From positions 7,252 to 71,251 of the forward strand of contig JAFUIY010000016.1 in the NCBI GenBank assembly GCA_017473925.1: 64,000 bases of DNA. Direction: 5' to 3'. The position numbers were made by a program, and so were the translations under genes. This DNA comes from Clostridia bacterium. Its GTDB lineage: Bacteria > Bacillota > Clostridia > Oscillospirales > Acutalibacteraceae. Below the pieces are notes generated by a model. It searched no databases, had not been told where the DNA came from, and was given only the letters and a program-made list of their open reading frames with translations. Of this stretch, positions 26,824 through 37,591 are shown in pieces (position 1 is the first letter of the stretch; each line of letters starts with the position of its first letter).

Positions 26824-28305
26824 ATGGACAGAATAACCGTTAAAGGGACAGCTTTTGTTGACGAATCAGGCAGAGAATGCATTTTCAACGGTATCAACCT
26901 TGTCAACAAAGGTTACTTTGATGAAAATACAGGCAAAATGAATTATACTGATGTCAACTGGAATGAAGACATGTTCAGAAGATTTTCAGAAAAAGGTATC
27001 AATCTTCTCCGTTTCGGTCTTGTATGGAAAGCAATTGAACCGAAACCCGGTGTCTATGATGAAGCTTATCTTGATTTTATGGAAAGCTTCGTTGACATGG
27101 CATGCAAATACGGTATTTATGTATATCTTGATGTTCATCAGGACTGCTTCCACGGTATGCCTGACTGGGCAACCGTTACCGATTCATATAAACGCAGAAA
27201 GCCCGTTATCATCTGGGCAGAAGGCTATTTCATTGACAAAGCCGTACACAGAGCTTTTGATAACTTCTGGGCAAACACTCCCGTTGCAGGTAAAGGTCTT
27301 CAGGATTGGTTTGCCGACATGTGGAAGCATGTTGCAGAGCGTTTCAAAGATAAAGAAAATCTTTTCGGCTTTGATATTCTAAACGAGCCTTTCCCCGGAA
27401 CAAGCGGCGGTAAGGTGTTTAAAAAGATTATCAAATCAGGCACAAAAGCAGTTCTTTCAAGAAAAAAAGTGCTTTTCGGTGCATTGAAAAATATCACAAA
27501 AAATGACCCTGTCAAAGAAATACTTTCTGCACTTGATGACAAAACTCTTGTAAGAGAAGTCACTTCATCAGGTGACATTATCATCAAAAATTTTGATGTT
27601 GATAAATATTATCCCTTCATGAAAAAAATGTCTGAGGCTATCCGTGAAGTAACTGACAAAGGTATAATCGTCATGGAAGCTTGTTATTATTCAAATTCAA
27701 GCATTCCCAGTTCAACACCACGAATCAGATATGATGATAACAGTCTTGAAGAAAATATCTGTTTTGCTCCTCACGGTTACGATATAACCGTTGACTCTGT
27801 ATATACAAATACAGCAGGTAATAACCGTGTTGATTCAATATTTGATGAACATGCAAAAACACAGACAAGACTCGGTATCCCCGTAATCGTTGGTGAATGG
27901 GGCGGAATGTATCCCGGCAGTGACAGTTATCCTCACCTTGAGCATCTTCTCGAGTATTTTGACAACAAACACTGGTCGCAGACCTACTGGTGTTATGTTG
28001 ACGGACTCCTTGATGAAAAAATTATGGATATTATCAACCGTCCTTATCCTGTTGCAGTTCCCGGTAAAATCATAAAATATCATTACAACAGAGTATCCGA
28101 CACATTTTCACTTTCATTCAGATGTGATTCATCTACAAGAAAAAAAGCTGTTATTTACTCCCCTGTCATGCCTATTGAAATTGTATCAAAGTGTAAATAT
28201 GACATAAAGCAAATCAACGGCTCATCATCTGTACATATCACTGTAGGTGCAGGAAAAGGTGAAAATTATATTGAGCTGAGATATGCTCCGATTATAAAAG
28301 AATAA
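26824..28305 (+). CDS. Glycoside hydrolase family 5 (endoglycoceramidase-like), no signal peptide
   Basis: GINLVNKG, LLRFGLVWKAIEP, acid/base FDILNEP and nucleophile region VGEWGG. The N-terminus MDRITVKGTAF has no hydrophobic leader. Confidence 0.8.
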   Translation: MDRITVKGTAFVDESGRECIFNGINLVNKGYFDENTGKMNYTDVNWNEDMFRRFSEKGINLLRFGLVWKAIEPKPGVYDEAYLDFMESFVDMACKYGIYVYLDVHQDCFHGMPDWATVTDSYKRRKPVIIWAEGYFIDKAVHRAFDNFWANTPVAGKGLQDWFADMWKHVAERFKDKENLFGFDILNEPFPGTSGGKVFKKIIKSGTKAVLSRKKVLFGALKNITKNDPVKEILSALDDKTLVREVTSSGDIIIKNFDVDKYYPFMKKMSEAIREVTDKGIIVMEACYYSNSSIPSSTPRIRYDDNSLEENICFAPHGYDITVDSVYTNTAGNNRVDSIFDEHAKTQTRLGIPVIVGEWGGMYPGSDSYPHLEHLLEYFDNKHWSQTYWCYVDGLLDEKIMDIINRPYPVAVPGKIIKYHYNRVSDTFSLSFRCDSSTRKKAVIYSPVMPIEIVSKCKYDIKQINGSSSVHITVGAGKGENYIELRYAPIIKE

Positions 28306-28313
28306 TCAGTTTC

Positions 28314-28347
28314 AGAACCGTCATAATAAAGACGGTTCTTTTTTTTA
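28314..28347 (+). terminator. Rho-independent terminator
   Basis: AGAACCGTC, an 8-nt loop, GACGGTTCT, followed by TTTTTTTT. Confidence 0.85.
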
Positions 28348-28436
28348 TAAAATAATATAGTTATAATTCTATTTTGGAATTATATTTAAATATAATAGTA
28401 TTATAATATAAAATATTTTATTATGGAGTGATTTTA

Positions 28437-30113
28437 ATGTTAACAGATGTAGAAATAGCTCAGTCATGTAAAATGCTTCCCATCAAAGATGTTGCCGCTT
28501 CTCTCGGTATAGCAGAAGATTATCTTGATTATTACGGCAAATACAAAGCAAAGCTCAACGATGACCTTTTCAGAGCAACTGAAAATAATCCCGACGGCAA
28601 GCTCATTCTTGTTACGGCAATCAACCCCACACCCGCAGGTGAAGGTAAGACAACCGTTACAGTCGGTCTCGGTCAGGCTATGAATGTTATCGGCAAAAAG
28701 GCAATCATCGCTCTTCGTGAGCCCTCACTCGGTCCCGTTTTCGGTATCAAAGGCGGTGCTGCAGGCGGTGGATATTCTCAGGTTGTTCCCATGGAAGACA
28801 TCAATCTCCATTTCACAGGCGATATGCATGCTATAACAGCAGCAAACAATCTTCTTTGTGCTATCATTGACAATCACATCCAACAGGGCAACGAGCTCGG
28901 CATTGACCAGAGAAGAATTCTCTTCAAGAGATGTATGGATATGAATGACAGAGCGCTCCGTAATATTGTTGTTGGCCTCGGCGGTAAAGTATGCGGTGTA
29001 CCCCGTGAAGACGGCTTCAACATTACTGTTGCAAGTGAAATTATGGCTATACTCTGCCTTGCAAAGAATCTTACAGACCTCAAGGAAAGATTTGAAAACA
29101 TTCTTGTTGCTTACAATTATGCAGGTGAACCTGTTTACTGTAAAGAACTCGGTTGTGCAGGTGCTATGACACTTCTTATGAAGGATGCTATAAATCCCAA
29201 CCTTGTTCAGACACTTGAAAACACTCCCGCAATCATTCACGGCGGACCTTTTGCAAACATTGCCCACGGCTGTAACTCAGTAAGAGCTACAAAGCTTGCA
29301 CTCAAACTTGCTGATTACACCATAACAGAAGCAGGCTTCGGCTCAGACCTCGGTGCTGAGAAATTCCTTGACATCAAGTGCCGTGCAGCAGGATTAAAGC
29401 CTTCATGTATCGTTCTTGTAGCAACATGCCGTGCTCTCAAGTACAACGGCGGGGTTCCCAAGGCAGAAACATCAAATGAAAATCTCGAAGCCCTTGCAAA
29501 AGGTATCGTAAACCTCGGTGCTCACATTGAAAACATGAGAAAATACGGTGTTCCCGTTGTTGTTGCAATAAATAAGTTCTATGCAGATACCGATGCTGAA
29601 ATTGATTTTGTAAAGAACTACTGTAAAGAATCCGGTGCTGTTGCCTGCGTATCAGAAGGCTTTGCCGAAGGCGGTAAAGGTGCTGCAGAGCTTGCACAGC
29701 TTGTATGTGACACTATAGATGCCAACGAAAGCACAAACAACTTCGGTCATATTTACGATACAGAAAAATCAATCAAAGAAAAGATTGAAACAATAGCTAA
29801 AGAGATTTACAGAGCTGACGGTGTAATTTACACAGCAAATGCTGAAAAATCAATCAAAGAAATTGAAAGACTCGGCAGAGATAAGCTTCCCGTATGCGTT
29901 GCAAAAACTCAGTATTCTCTTTCAGATGACCCGACAAAGCTCGGCAAACCCGAGAATTTCAAAATTACCGTCAGAGATGTCAGACTTTATTCAGGTGCAG
30001 GCTTTGTGACCGTTATGACAGGTGACATTCTTACAATGCCCGGTCTCCCGAAGGCCCCCAGTGCACTTAAAATTGATATCCATGAAGACGGAACAATTGA
30101 AGGTTTATTCTAA
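28437..30113 (+). CDS. fhs: Formate--tetrahydrofolate ligase
   Basis: [11 protein letters not shown]-loop and about 558 aa. Start placed at ATG 28437 (GGAG 8 nt upstream). Confidence 0.95.
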   Translation: MLTDVEIAQSCKMLPIKDVAASLGIAEDYLDYYGKYKAKLNDDLFRATENNPDGKLILVTAINPTPAGEGKTTVTVGLGQAMNVIGKKAIIALREPSLGPVFGIKGGAAGGGYSQVVPMEDINLHFTGDMHAITAANNLLCAIIDNHIQQGNELGIDQRRILFKRCMDMNDRALRNIVVGLGGKVCGVPREDGFNITVASEIMAILCLAKNLTDLKERFENILVAYNYAGEPVYCKELGCAGAMTLLMKDAINPNLVQTLENTPAIIHGGPFANIAHGCNSVRATKLALKLADYTITEAGFGSDLGAEKFLDIKCRAAGLKPSCIVLVATCRALKYNGGVPKAETSNENLEALAKGIVNLGAHIENMRKYGVPVVVAINKFYADTDAEIDFVKNYCKESGAVACVSEGFAEGGKGAAELAQLVCDTIDANESTNNFGHIYDTEKSIKEKIETIAKEIYRADGVIYTANAEKSIKEIERLGRDKLPVCVAKTQYSLSDDPTKLGKPENFKITVRDVRLYSGAGFVTVMTGDILTMPGLPKAPSALKIDIHEDGTIEGLF

Positions 30114-30144
30114 TCAAAGGCATATTCAGAATCAGGTGATTAAT

Positions 30145-31266
30145 TTGTCAGACAAATTCAGTTTTTTATATAATGATGAGCTTACGGTGTTAAAACTCCG
30201 TAAGCTTTATGAAGACAGAGGATTCAAAAAGTTCAGAATGAGCAAATTTGAATCCTATGATTTCTATGCAAAAAACAAGGATTTCCTTGTCGGTAACAGA
30301 ATCATTACTTTCACAGACCTTAACGGCAAGCTTATGGCGTTAAAGCCTGATGTTACCCTGAGCATAGTCAAGAATGCAGACAATTCAGCTGACAGACAGA
30401 AGCTCTATTACACTGAGAATGTATACCGTGAATCAAAGGATATACATGAATTCAAGGAGATTTCACAGGTAGGTCTTGAAGTACTCGGCGAAATTGACCT
30501 TTTCCAGACTGTTGAAATCATCACTCTTGCAATAAAGAGTCTTCTTGAACTCGATGAAAATGCAATTCTTGAAATTTCACATATGGGATATACGGAAGGT
30601 CTTCTTGACTGTCTGACAAATGACATTCATCTGAGAAATGAATTACATAAATTATTCAAAGAAAAAAATTCACACGACCTTATAAAACTTGCTGAAGAAA
30701 ACTCTTTACCGAAAAGCCCTGTCAATACGGCTGTTGATGTTATGTCCTGCAAGGCTTCAAACGAAGAAACTATTGAAAACGCATTGACAAATGCACTCAA
30801 CACAAGAATGCAGGATGCAGTAAAAGAAGTCAGCTCGATCTTCTCACTTCTAAAAAAATCATGTCTTGACAAGCACATCAGAATTGATTTATCTGTCACA
30901 GATGACCCCGGTTATTATAACGGAATTCTCATGCACGGTTATGTTCATTCTATTCCCCGTGATGTGCTTTCAGGCGGACGATATGACAGTCTGATGTCCA
31001 AAATGGGTAAAGATAAAACTCAGGCAATGGGCTTTGCAATCTATTTTGATGCACTTGACAGAAAGCTTCATGTAAAAAACAAAGCAGGAACCGATGCTGT
31101 TGTTGTTTACAATGAAAGCTCAGATATAAATACACTTGCAGATTTATGCAATACCCTTGAAATGCAGGGTATTTCATACAATGCAGTTACAAAGATGCCT
31201 GACAACTGCAACAACTCAAAGATTTATGTTGTTGAAGGAAATCAGGTAAAGGAGGTTACATTATGA
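30145..31266 (+). CDS. hisZ: ATP phosphoribosyltransferase regulatory subunit HisZ
   Basis: HisRS-like core without an anticodon domain, immediately upstream of a short-form hisG. The start is uncertain: TTG 30145 (AGGTGA 5 nt upstream) or GTG 30136. The track ORF start at 30022 lies inside fhs. Confidence 0.8.
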   Translation: MSDKFSFLYNDELTVLKLRKLYEDRGFKKFRMSKFESYDFYAKNKDFLVGNRIITFTDLNGKLMALKPDVTLSIVKNADNSADRQKLYYTENVYRESKDIHEFKEISQVGLEVLGEIDLFQTVEIITLAIKSLLELDENAILEISHMGYTEGLLDCLTNDIHLRNELHKLFKEKNSHDLIKLAEENSLPKSPVNTAVDVMSCKASNEETIENALTNALNTRMQDAVKEVSSIFSLLKKSCLDKHIRIDLSVTDDPGYYNGILMHGYVHSIPRDVLSGGRYDSLMSKMGKDKTQAMGFAIYFDALDRKLHVKNKAGTDAVVVYNESSDINTLADLCNTLEMQGISYNAVTKMPDNCNNSKIYVVEGNQVKEVTL

Positions 31267-31886
31267 TTAGTGTAGCGTTACCTAAAGGCAGACTCGGAAA
31301 TAAGGTTTTTGATATTTTTGCAAAAATCGGTTATGACTGCGATGAAATGCATTCTGACTCCCGTCAGCTTGTGTTCACAAGTGAAGAAAACGGAATCAGC
31401 TATTTCCTTGTCAAGCCCTCGGATGTCAGTATTTATGTTGAACACGGTGCAGCTGATATAGGTATTGTAGGCAAAGATATTCTTCTTGAATATGAACCCG
31501 ATGTATATGAGCTTCTCGACCTTGGTATCGGCAAATGCAGAATGTGTGTTGCAGGCAAGAATGATTTCTGTGACAATCCGGATGTTGCATTAAGAGTTGC
31601 AACAAAGTTTGTCAATATTGCAAAAACATATTATAAAAGCATAAACAGAAACATTGAAATCATCAAGCTCAACGGCTCAATTGAACTCGCTCCCATTCTT
31701 GATTTATCTGATGTTATAGTTGATATTGTTGAAACAGGTACAACACTCAAGGAAAACAATCTCGGAGTACTGACTGAGATTCTTCCTATCAGTGCAAGAC
31801 TTATTGCAAATAAGGCAAGTTATAAATTCAAGACGGAAGAGATAAATAAAATTGTTACAAAATTCAGCGAGGAATTAAACAAATGA
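31263..31886 (+). CDS. hisG: ATP phosphoribosyltransferase (short form)
   Basis: 207 aa, N-terminus ALPKGRL, DIVETGTTLKEN. Overlaps hisZ by 4 nt. Confidence 0.95.
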   Translation: MISVALPKGRLGNKVFDIFAKIGYDCDEMHSDSRQLVFTSEENGISYFLVKPSDVSIYVEHGAADIGIVGKDILLEYEPDVYELLDLGIGKCRMCVAGKNDFCDNPDVALRVATKFVNIAKTYYKSINRNIEIIKLNGSIELAPILDLSDVIVDIVETGTTLKENNLGVLTEILPISARLIANKASYKFKTEEINKIVTKFSEELNK

Positions 31887-33166
31887 TTAAGATTATAGAC
31901 ACAAAAACAGTTTCTGATTTTACCGTTTTTACCCGTGAAGATGAAAAGAAAAACGAAGAAATCGAAAAAATTGTTGAAGGTATTATTGAAAATGTAAAAG
32001 CAAACGGTGACAAAGCGCTGTTCGAATACTGCGAAAAGTTTGATAAGTGCAAACTTGATACTCTTCTTGTTTCGGAAGAAGAAATCGAAGAAGCATTCTC
32101 ACAGACTGACGAATATTTTATTGAAACACTCAGACAGGCAAGAGATAACATTGCAGATTTCCATTCAAAGCAAGTCAGAAATGACTTTGTTTTTACAAAG
32201 GAAGACGGTATTGTTCTCGGTCAGAAAATCACACCCGTTGAAAAAGCAGGTCTTTATGTACCCGGCGGTACAGCAGCATATCCAAGCACAGTGCTTATGG
32301 ATGCTGTTCCTGCAAAAATTGCCGGTGTAAGTGAAATTGTTATGGTAACTCCCCCATCTGCTGACGGCAGAATCAACCCTGCAATTCTCACTGCGGCAAA
32401 AATAGCAGGTGTCACAAAGATATTCAAGCTCGGCGGTGCTCAGGCTGTTGCTGCCCTTGCTTACGGCACTGAAAGTGTTCCAAAGGTTGACAAAATCGTC
32501 GGCCCCGGAAATATCTTTGTTGCTACGGCAAAGAAACAGGTTTACGGAAAAGTAAGCATTGATATGATTGCAGGCCCGAGTGAAATTCTTGTTATTGCCG
32601 AACCCACATGTGACCCTGCAAATGTTGCGGCTGATCTTCTTTCACAGGCTGAGCATGACAGAATGGCAAGCTCCGTTCTTGTAACAACTGATATGGACTT
32701 TGCAAAAAATGTTGCAGACGAAATTGAAAGACAGTTAAAGCTCCTTCCCCGTGAAGATATTGCAAGAGAATCAATTGACAATAACGGTAAGATTTTTATA
32801 GTTGATTCGATTGAAACGGCTGTTAAGCTCAGTAATGAGATAGCACCCGAGCATCTTGAAGTCTGTGTGGACAATCCCTTTGAACTTCTTCCTCTTATAA
32901 AGAATGCAGGCAGTATATTCCTCGGAAAGAATGTACCCGAAGCTCTCGGTGATTATTTTGCAGGCCCTAATCACACACTGCCCACAAGCGGTACTGCAAG
33001 ATTCTCTTCTCCCCTTTCCGTTGACGATTTCATCAAAAAGTCTTCATTCATCTACTACTCAGAATCAGCTCTTGAAAAATGCCACGAAAGAATTGAAGAC
33101 TTCGCAAACCGTGAGGGCTTACAGGCTCACGGCAAGTCAATAGGAATAAGATTCAATAAATTTTAA
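31883..33166 (+). CDS. hisD: Histidinol dehydrogenase
   Basis: 427 aa with the QAEHD motif and GDYxAGPNHxLPT. Confidence 0.95.
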   Translation: MIKIIDTKTVSDFTVFTREDEKKNEEIEKIVEGIIENVKANGDKALFEYCEKFDKCKLDTLLVSEEEIEEAFSQTDEYFIETLRQARDNIADFHSKQVRNDFVFTKEDGIVLGQKITPVEKAGLYVPGGTAAYPSTVLMDAVPAKIAGVSEIVMVTPPSADGRINPAILTAAKIAGVTKIFKLGGAQAVAALAYGTESVPKVDKIVGPGNIFVATAKKQVYGKVSIDMIAGPSEILVIAEPTCDPANVAADLLSQAEHDRMASSVLVTTDMDFAKNVADEIERQLKLLPREDIARESIDNNGKIFIVDSIETAVKLSNEIAPEHLEVCVDNPFELLPLIKNAGSIFLGKNVPEALGDYFAGPNHTLPTSGTARFSSPLSVDDFIKKSSFIYYSESALEKCHERIEDFANREGLQAHGKSIGIRFNKF

Positions 33167-33178
33167 GAAGTGTTATAA

Positions 33179-34240
33179 ATGTCACTATTTTTATCAGAAA
33201 GATTTTCTAATATAGAACCCTATACTCCCGGTGAACAACCGAAAGTGAGTAATTTAATAAAACTCAACACTAACGAAAGCCCTTTTCCTCCGTCACCAAA
33301 AGTAATTGAGGCACTGAATAAAGAAGAAATATCAAAACTCAATCTTTATTCCGACCCTGATACAAAGGAAGTCATTGATGCAATTGCTCAGACTTTCGGC
33401 GTAAATACAAATCAGGTACTTATGGGCAACGGCTCAGATGAAATTTTGGCTTTTGCTTTCCAGGCTTTCTGTGATAAAGAAAATGAGCCTTGTTTTGCAG
33501 ACATCACATACGGTTTTTATCCCGTATTCTGTGAGTTATTCGGTCTGAATCCCGAGATTATCCCGCTCAGAGAGGATTTATCAATCGGTACGGAAGATTA
33601 TATCGGCAAAAAAAAGCCCATTTTCATAGCTAACCCCAATGCTCCCACAGGACTTGCACTCCCGCTCAGCGATATTGAAAAGATACTTGCTTCAAATAAA
33701 GATTCTATAGTACTTATTGATGAGGCATATGTTGATTTCGGTGCCGAAAGTGCTGTATCCCTTGTTGACAAGTATGACAACCTTATTGTTTCAAGAACAT
33801 TTTCAAAATCAAGAAATCTTGCAGGTGCGAGAATCGGTTTTGCAATTTCAAATCCCGAGCTTATTGCAGATATGGGCAAAATGAAGTTTTCGTTCAATCC
33901 TTATAATCTGAACAGACTTTCTATTATCGCAGGTAAGGAATCTGTTCTTGATACCGAGTATTTCAATAAATGTATTGCTGAAATCATTTCAAACAGAGAA
34001 TATACGGTAAATGAGCTTGAAAAAAGAGGCTTTTCAATCCCCGATTCAAAAGCAAACTTCATTTTTGCAAAACACAATACACTTTCGGGTGAAGAATACT
34101 TCAATGAACTGAGAAAAAGAAACATTGTTGTAAGATATTTCAGCAAAGAAAGAATAAAAGACTATGTAAGAATCACAATCGGCTCAAAAGAACAGATGAC
34201 TGCACTTATTGTTGCTACCGATGAGATTCTGAAAGGATGA
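33179..34240 (+). CDS. hisC: Histidinol-phosphate aminotransferase
   Basis: LNTNESP, and PLP lysine context SRTFSKSRNLAGARIG. Confidence 0.93.
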   Translation: MSLFLSERFSNIEPYTPGEQPKVSNLIKLNTNESPFPPSPKVIEALNKEEISKLNLYSDPDTKEVIDAIAQTFGVNTNQVLMGNGSDEILAFAFQAFCDKENEPCFADITYGFYPVFCELFGLNPEIIPLREDLSIGTEDYIGKKKPIFIANPNAPTGLALPLSDIEKILASNKDSIVLIDEAYVDFGAESAVSLVDKYDNLIVSRTFSKSRNLAGARIGFAISNPELIADMGKMKFSFNPYNLNRLSIIAGKESVLDTEYFNKCIAEIISNREYTVNELEKRGFSIPDSKANFIFAKHNTLSGEEYFNELRKRNIVVRYFSKERIKDYVRITIGSKEQMTALIVATDEILKG

Positions 34241-34244
34241 TATT

Positions 34245-34832
34245 ATGAGAACATTCAGTACAGAAAGAAAAACTGCAGAAACAGATATAAAACTGTCACT
34301 CAACATTGACGGTACAGGCAAATCTGTGATTGACACTGGTTGCGGTTTCCTTGACCATATGCTCACACTTTTTGCAAAGCACTCAAGATTCGACCTTGAT
34401 GTCACCTGCAAAGGAGATACACAGGTTGACTATCACCACACTACAGAGGATATTGCAATTGTCCTCGGAAATGCGCTGTCAAGATGTATCGGTGACGCAA
34501 AGGGTATCTGCAGATACGGTCACATTATTCTTCCTATGGACGAGTCACTTATTCTCTGTGCTGTTGATGCAGGCGGCAGAGCTTGTCTTAACTATAAGCT
34601 TTCAATCCCCACAGAAAAAGTCGGAGACTTTGACACTGAGCTTGTTGAAGAATTTATGGCTGCATTCACAAGAAGTGCAAAAATCAATCTTCACTTAAAA
34701 CAGCTCGACGGCACAAATTCACATCACATCATTGAAGGTGCTTTCAAAGCCCTTGCAAGAGCTCTGAAAACTGCAGTTTCTATTGATGAAAAATTCAAAG
34801 ACGAAATTCCCTCTACGAAAGGCATTTTATAA
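34245..34832 (+). CDS. hisB: Imidazoleglycerol-phosphate dehydratase
   Basis: RKTAETDI, GFLDHML, and HHxxE motifs. Confidence 0.95.
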   Translation: MRTFSTERKTAETDIKLSLNIDGTGKSVIDTGCGFLDHMLTLFAKHSRFDLDVTCKGDTQVDYHHTTEDIAIVLGNALSRCIGDAKGICRYGHIILPMDESLILCAVDAGGRACLNYKLSIPTEKVGDFDTELVEEFMAAFTRSAKINLHLKQLDGTNSHHIIEGAFKALARALKTAVSIDEKFKDEIPSTKGIL

Positions 34833-35450
34833 ATGATAGCAATAATTAACTATGGTGTGGGCAATCTCTTTTCACTTGTCGGGTCTCTCGAACACCTCGG
34901 CATTGATGCAGTTGTCACATCTGATGCAGATGAAATAAGAAAAGCAGACAGAATTATTCTGCCTGGTGTAGGTGCTTTTGCAGATGCAAAGCAGAAGCTT
35001 GTTGACACAGGACTTATTCCCGTAATTGATGAAGAAGTCAGAAAAGGTAAACCGCTTCTGGGCATCTGTCTTGGTATGCAGCTTCTTTTTGAAAAAAGCT
35101 TTGAATACGGTGAGCATGACGGTCTGGGCTACATCAAAGGCGAAGTATGCCCTCTGAATGAAGATATTTCAAAGGAACTCAAAGTCCCTCATATCGGCTG
35201 GAACAAGCTTATAATAAAAGATAAAAGCAATCCTATGCTTAAATATACGGGGGATAATGACTATGTTTATTATGTTCACTCATTTTATGCAAAGAATTGT
35301 GATGATTCCCTTGTGGCTTATTCGGAATATGATGTAAATGTACCCGGTCTTGTATGCAAAAACAACATTTTCGGTGCTCAGTTCCATCCCGAAAAAAGCG
35401 GTCAGGTGGGTCTTGATATGTTAAAGGCTTTCAATGAGGTGACAGCATGA
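34833..35450 (+). CDS. hisH: Imidazole glycerol phosphate synthase, glutaminase subunit
   Basis: LPGVGAF, nucleophile elbow GICLGMQ, and FHPEKS. Confidence 0.95.
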   Translation: MIAIINYGVGNLFSLVGSLEHLGIDAVVTSDADEIRKADRIILPGVGAFADAKQKLVDTGLIPVIDEEVRKGKPLLGICLGMQLLFEKSFEYGEHDGLGYIKGEVCPLNEDISKELKVPHIGWNKLIIKDKSNPMLKYTGDNDYVYYVHSFYAKNCDDSLVAYSEYDVNVPGLVCKNNIFGAQFHPEKSGQVGLDMLKAFNEVTA

Positions 35451-36169
35451 AAATATTTCCAGCAATAGACCTTCGCGGCGGTAAGGTTGTAAGACTTACA
35501 GAAGGCGATTATACAAGAATGAAAACATACGGTGACTCCCCCGTTGAAACTGCGAAAATGTTTGAGAGTATGGGAGCAAAGCATCTTCATGTTGTTGACC
35601 TTGATTCTGCAAAAGACGGCGGAAACGCCAACACAGATATTATCTGTCAGATTGCAAAAGAAACAAATCTTTTCATTCAGACAGGCGGCGGAATCAGAAC
35701 AGAAGAAAAGATAAAGCACTATGTTGATGCAGGTGTTGACAGACTTATTCTCGGCACGGCTGCTATAAACAACTTCCCTTTCCTGTGTGATATGATAAAG
35801 AAATTCGGCAGTCACATTGCTGTCGGTGTTGATGCAAAAGACGGTTTTGTTGCCGTTAACGGATGGCTTGAAGTAACAAAGGTAAATTCCTTTGATTTCT
35901 GCAGAAAACTTGCAGATAACGGCGTTGAAACAGTAATTTATACAGATATTTCAAAGGACGGTAAGCTCAGCGGTACTAATGTTGACGCATACCGTGAACT
36001 TAAAAAAATTAAAAATCTCAATGTCATTGCATCAGGCGGAATTTCTTCAATGGATGACATAAAAGCACTCTGTGAATTTGATTGTTACGGTGCAATTATC
36101 GGCAAGGCAATTTATGAAAACAGAATTGACCTTAAAGAAGTACTTAAGTTTGCAGGTGATGAATTATGA
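35447..36169 (+). CDS. hisA: ProFAR isomerase
   Basis: IFPAIDLRGGKVVRL, VVDLD and SGGISS motifs. Confidence 0.95.
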   Translation: MKIFPAIDLRGGKVVRLTEGDYTRMKTYGDSPVETAKMFESMGAKHLHVVDLDSAKDGGNANTDIICQIAKETNLFIQTGGGIRTEEKIKHYVDAGVDRLILGTAAINNFPFLCDMIKKFGSHIAVGVDAKDGFVAVNGWLEVTKVNSFDFCRKLADNGVETVIYTDISKDGKLSGTNVDAYRELKKIKNLNVIASGGISSMDDIKALCEFDCYGAIIGKAIYENRIDLKEVLKFAGDEL

Positions 36170-36933
36170 TAACAAAGAGAATTATTCCCTGCCTTGATAT
36201 CAGAAACGGCAGAGTTGTCAAGGGTGTCAATTTTGAAGGCATTCAGGATGTGCAGGACCCTGTTGTGCTTGCAAAATTCTATAATGACAGCGGTGCTGAC
36301 GAGCTTGTTTTCTATGATATCACTGCAAGCTTTGAAGGCAGAAGCCTTTTCAGCGATGTACTTAAAAATGTTGCAAGTAATATCTTCATTCCTCTGACTG
36401 TCGGAGGCAATATCAACTCTGTTGATGATTTTGACAGAGTACTCAAAAGCGGTGCTGATAAAGTAAGCGTAAACTCGGGTGCTATCAGAAATCCCTCGCT
36501 TATCGGTGAAGCTGCAAAGAAATACGGTGACCAGTGCGTTGTTCTTTCAATGGATGTGAAGCGTGTTGACGGTCAGTTCCGAATTTTTGCAAAGGGCGGC
36601 AGAGAAGACACAGGTATTGATGCCATTGAATGGGCAAAGAAATGTACTGCAAACGGTGCAGGTGAAATTGTTGTAAATTCAATCAATACAGACGGTGTCA
36701 AAAACGGCTTTGACCTTGAAATGCTCAGGGCAATATGCGATGTTGTTTCCGTGCCTGTTATTGCATCAGGCGGTGCAGGTTGTATGGAGCATTTCAGGAC
36801 ACTTTTCAATGAAGTACCCGGTGTTGATGCAGGTCTTGCGGCTTCAATCTTCCATTTCGGAGAAGTTAAAATCTCTGACCTTAAAAAATATCTTAACGAC
36901 AACAATATAGAAATGAGAATTCAGGAGAAATAA
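36166..36933 (+). CDS. hisF: Imidazole glycerol phosphate synthase, cyclase subunit
   Basis: [20 protein letters not shown] and SIFHF. Confidence 0.95.
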   Translation: MITKRIIPCLDIRNGRVVKGVNFEGIQDVQDPVVLAKFYNDSGADELVFYDITASFEGRSLFSDVLKNVASNIFIPLTVGGNINSVDDFDRVLKSGADKVSVNSGAIRNPSLIGEAAKKYGDQCVVLSMDVKRVDGQFRIFAKGGREDTGIDAIEWAKKCTANGAGEIVVNSINTDGVKNGFDLEMLRAICDVVSVPVIASGGAGCMEHFRTLFNEVPGVDAGLAASIFHFGEVKISDLKKYLNDNNIEMRIQEK

Positions 36934-36934
36934 A

Positions 36935-37588
36935 ATGTACGAGGAAATTATTAAAGAACTTAAATTTGATGACAAAGGGCTTATCCCTGCAGTTGTTCAG
37001 GACTTTTTCACAGGAGAAGTGCTGACCGTTGCATATATGAACGCAGAAAGCCTTAAAATCACACTGGAAGAAAAGATGACATGCTTCTTCTCACGCTCAA
37101 GACAGGAGCTTTGGAGAAAGGGTGAAACAAGCGGTAACAGACAGCACATTGTTTCTGTAAAAACAGACTGTGACAAGGATGCACTTGTAGTAAAAGTCTT
37201 AAAAGAAGGTCCTGCATGCCACACGGGCGCTGAGAGCTGTTTCTTCAATCTTTTATATAAAGATAATGATAAGACAGACTTCTCAATTGATGCCCTCTAT
37301 GACCTTATCAAGGGCAGAAAAACAAACATGCAGGAAGGCTCATACACAACCTACCTCTTCACTAAAGGTCTTGACAAGATTATGAAAAAGGTCGGTGAAG
37401 AGTGTACTGAAGTTATTATCGGTGCGGCAAAGAATTCAAAAGAAGAAACTATCTATGAGATTTCCGATTTGGCATATCATATCCTTGTTCTTATGGTTGA
37501 AATGGGAATTTCAGTTGATGACATAAGAAAAGAACTTGATTCAAGACATGTTATTGACCACAAGGTAAAACAAGAAACAATGCAATAA
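36935..37588 (+). CDS. hisIE: Bifunctional phosphoribosyl-AMP cyclohydrolase / phosphoribosyl-ATP diphosphatase
   Basis: N-terminal HisI (LIPAVVQD...[16 protein letters not shown], CDxD) and C-terminal HisE (GSYTTYLF...EExxE). Confidence 0.93.
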   Translation: MYEEIIKELKFDDKGLIPAVVQDFFTGEVLTVAYMNAESLKITLEEKMTCFFSRSRQELWRKGETSGNRQHIVSVKTDCDKDALVVKVLKEGPACHTGAESCFFNLLYKDNDKTDFSIDALYDLIKGRKTNMQEGSYTTYLFTKGLDKIMKKVGEECTEVIIGAAKNSKEETIYEISDLAYHILVLMVEMGISVDDIRKELDSRHVIDHKVKQETMQ

Positions 37589-37591
37589 CCG

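Noticed and set aside
28725-29267. 180-aa antisense ORF inside fhs. Similar antisense or alternate-frame ORFs include 188..394, 2901..3296, 4666..5112, 20435..20860, 35402..35815, 43022..43360, 56688..56939 and 63032..63331.
   Set aside because: All lie entirely within confidently identified genes in other frames or on the other strand. Their composition is low-complexity or atypical, they have no SD, and they resemble no family I recognise. They are typical shadow ORFs.
30022-30144. Track ORF start of hisZ inside fhs
   Set aside because: It overlaps the last 90 nt of fhs. HisZ homology begins around LRKLYEDRGF, so a TTG or GTG start just after the fhs stop fits better.
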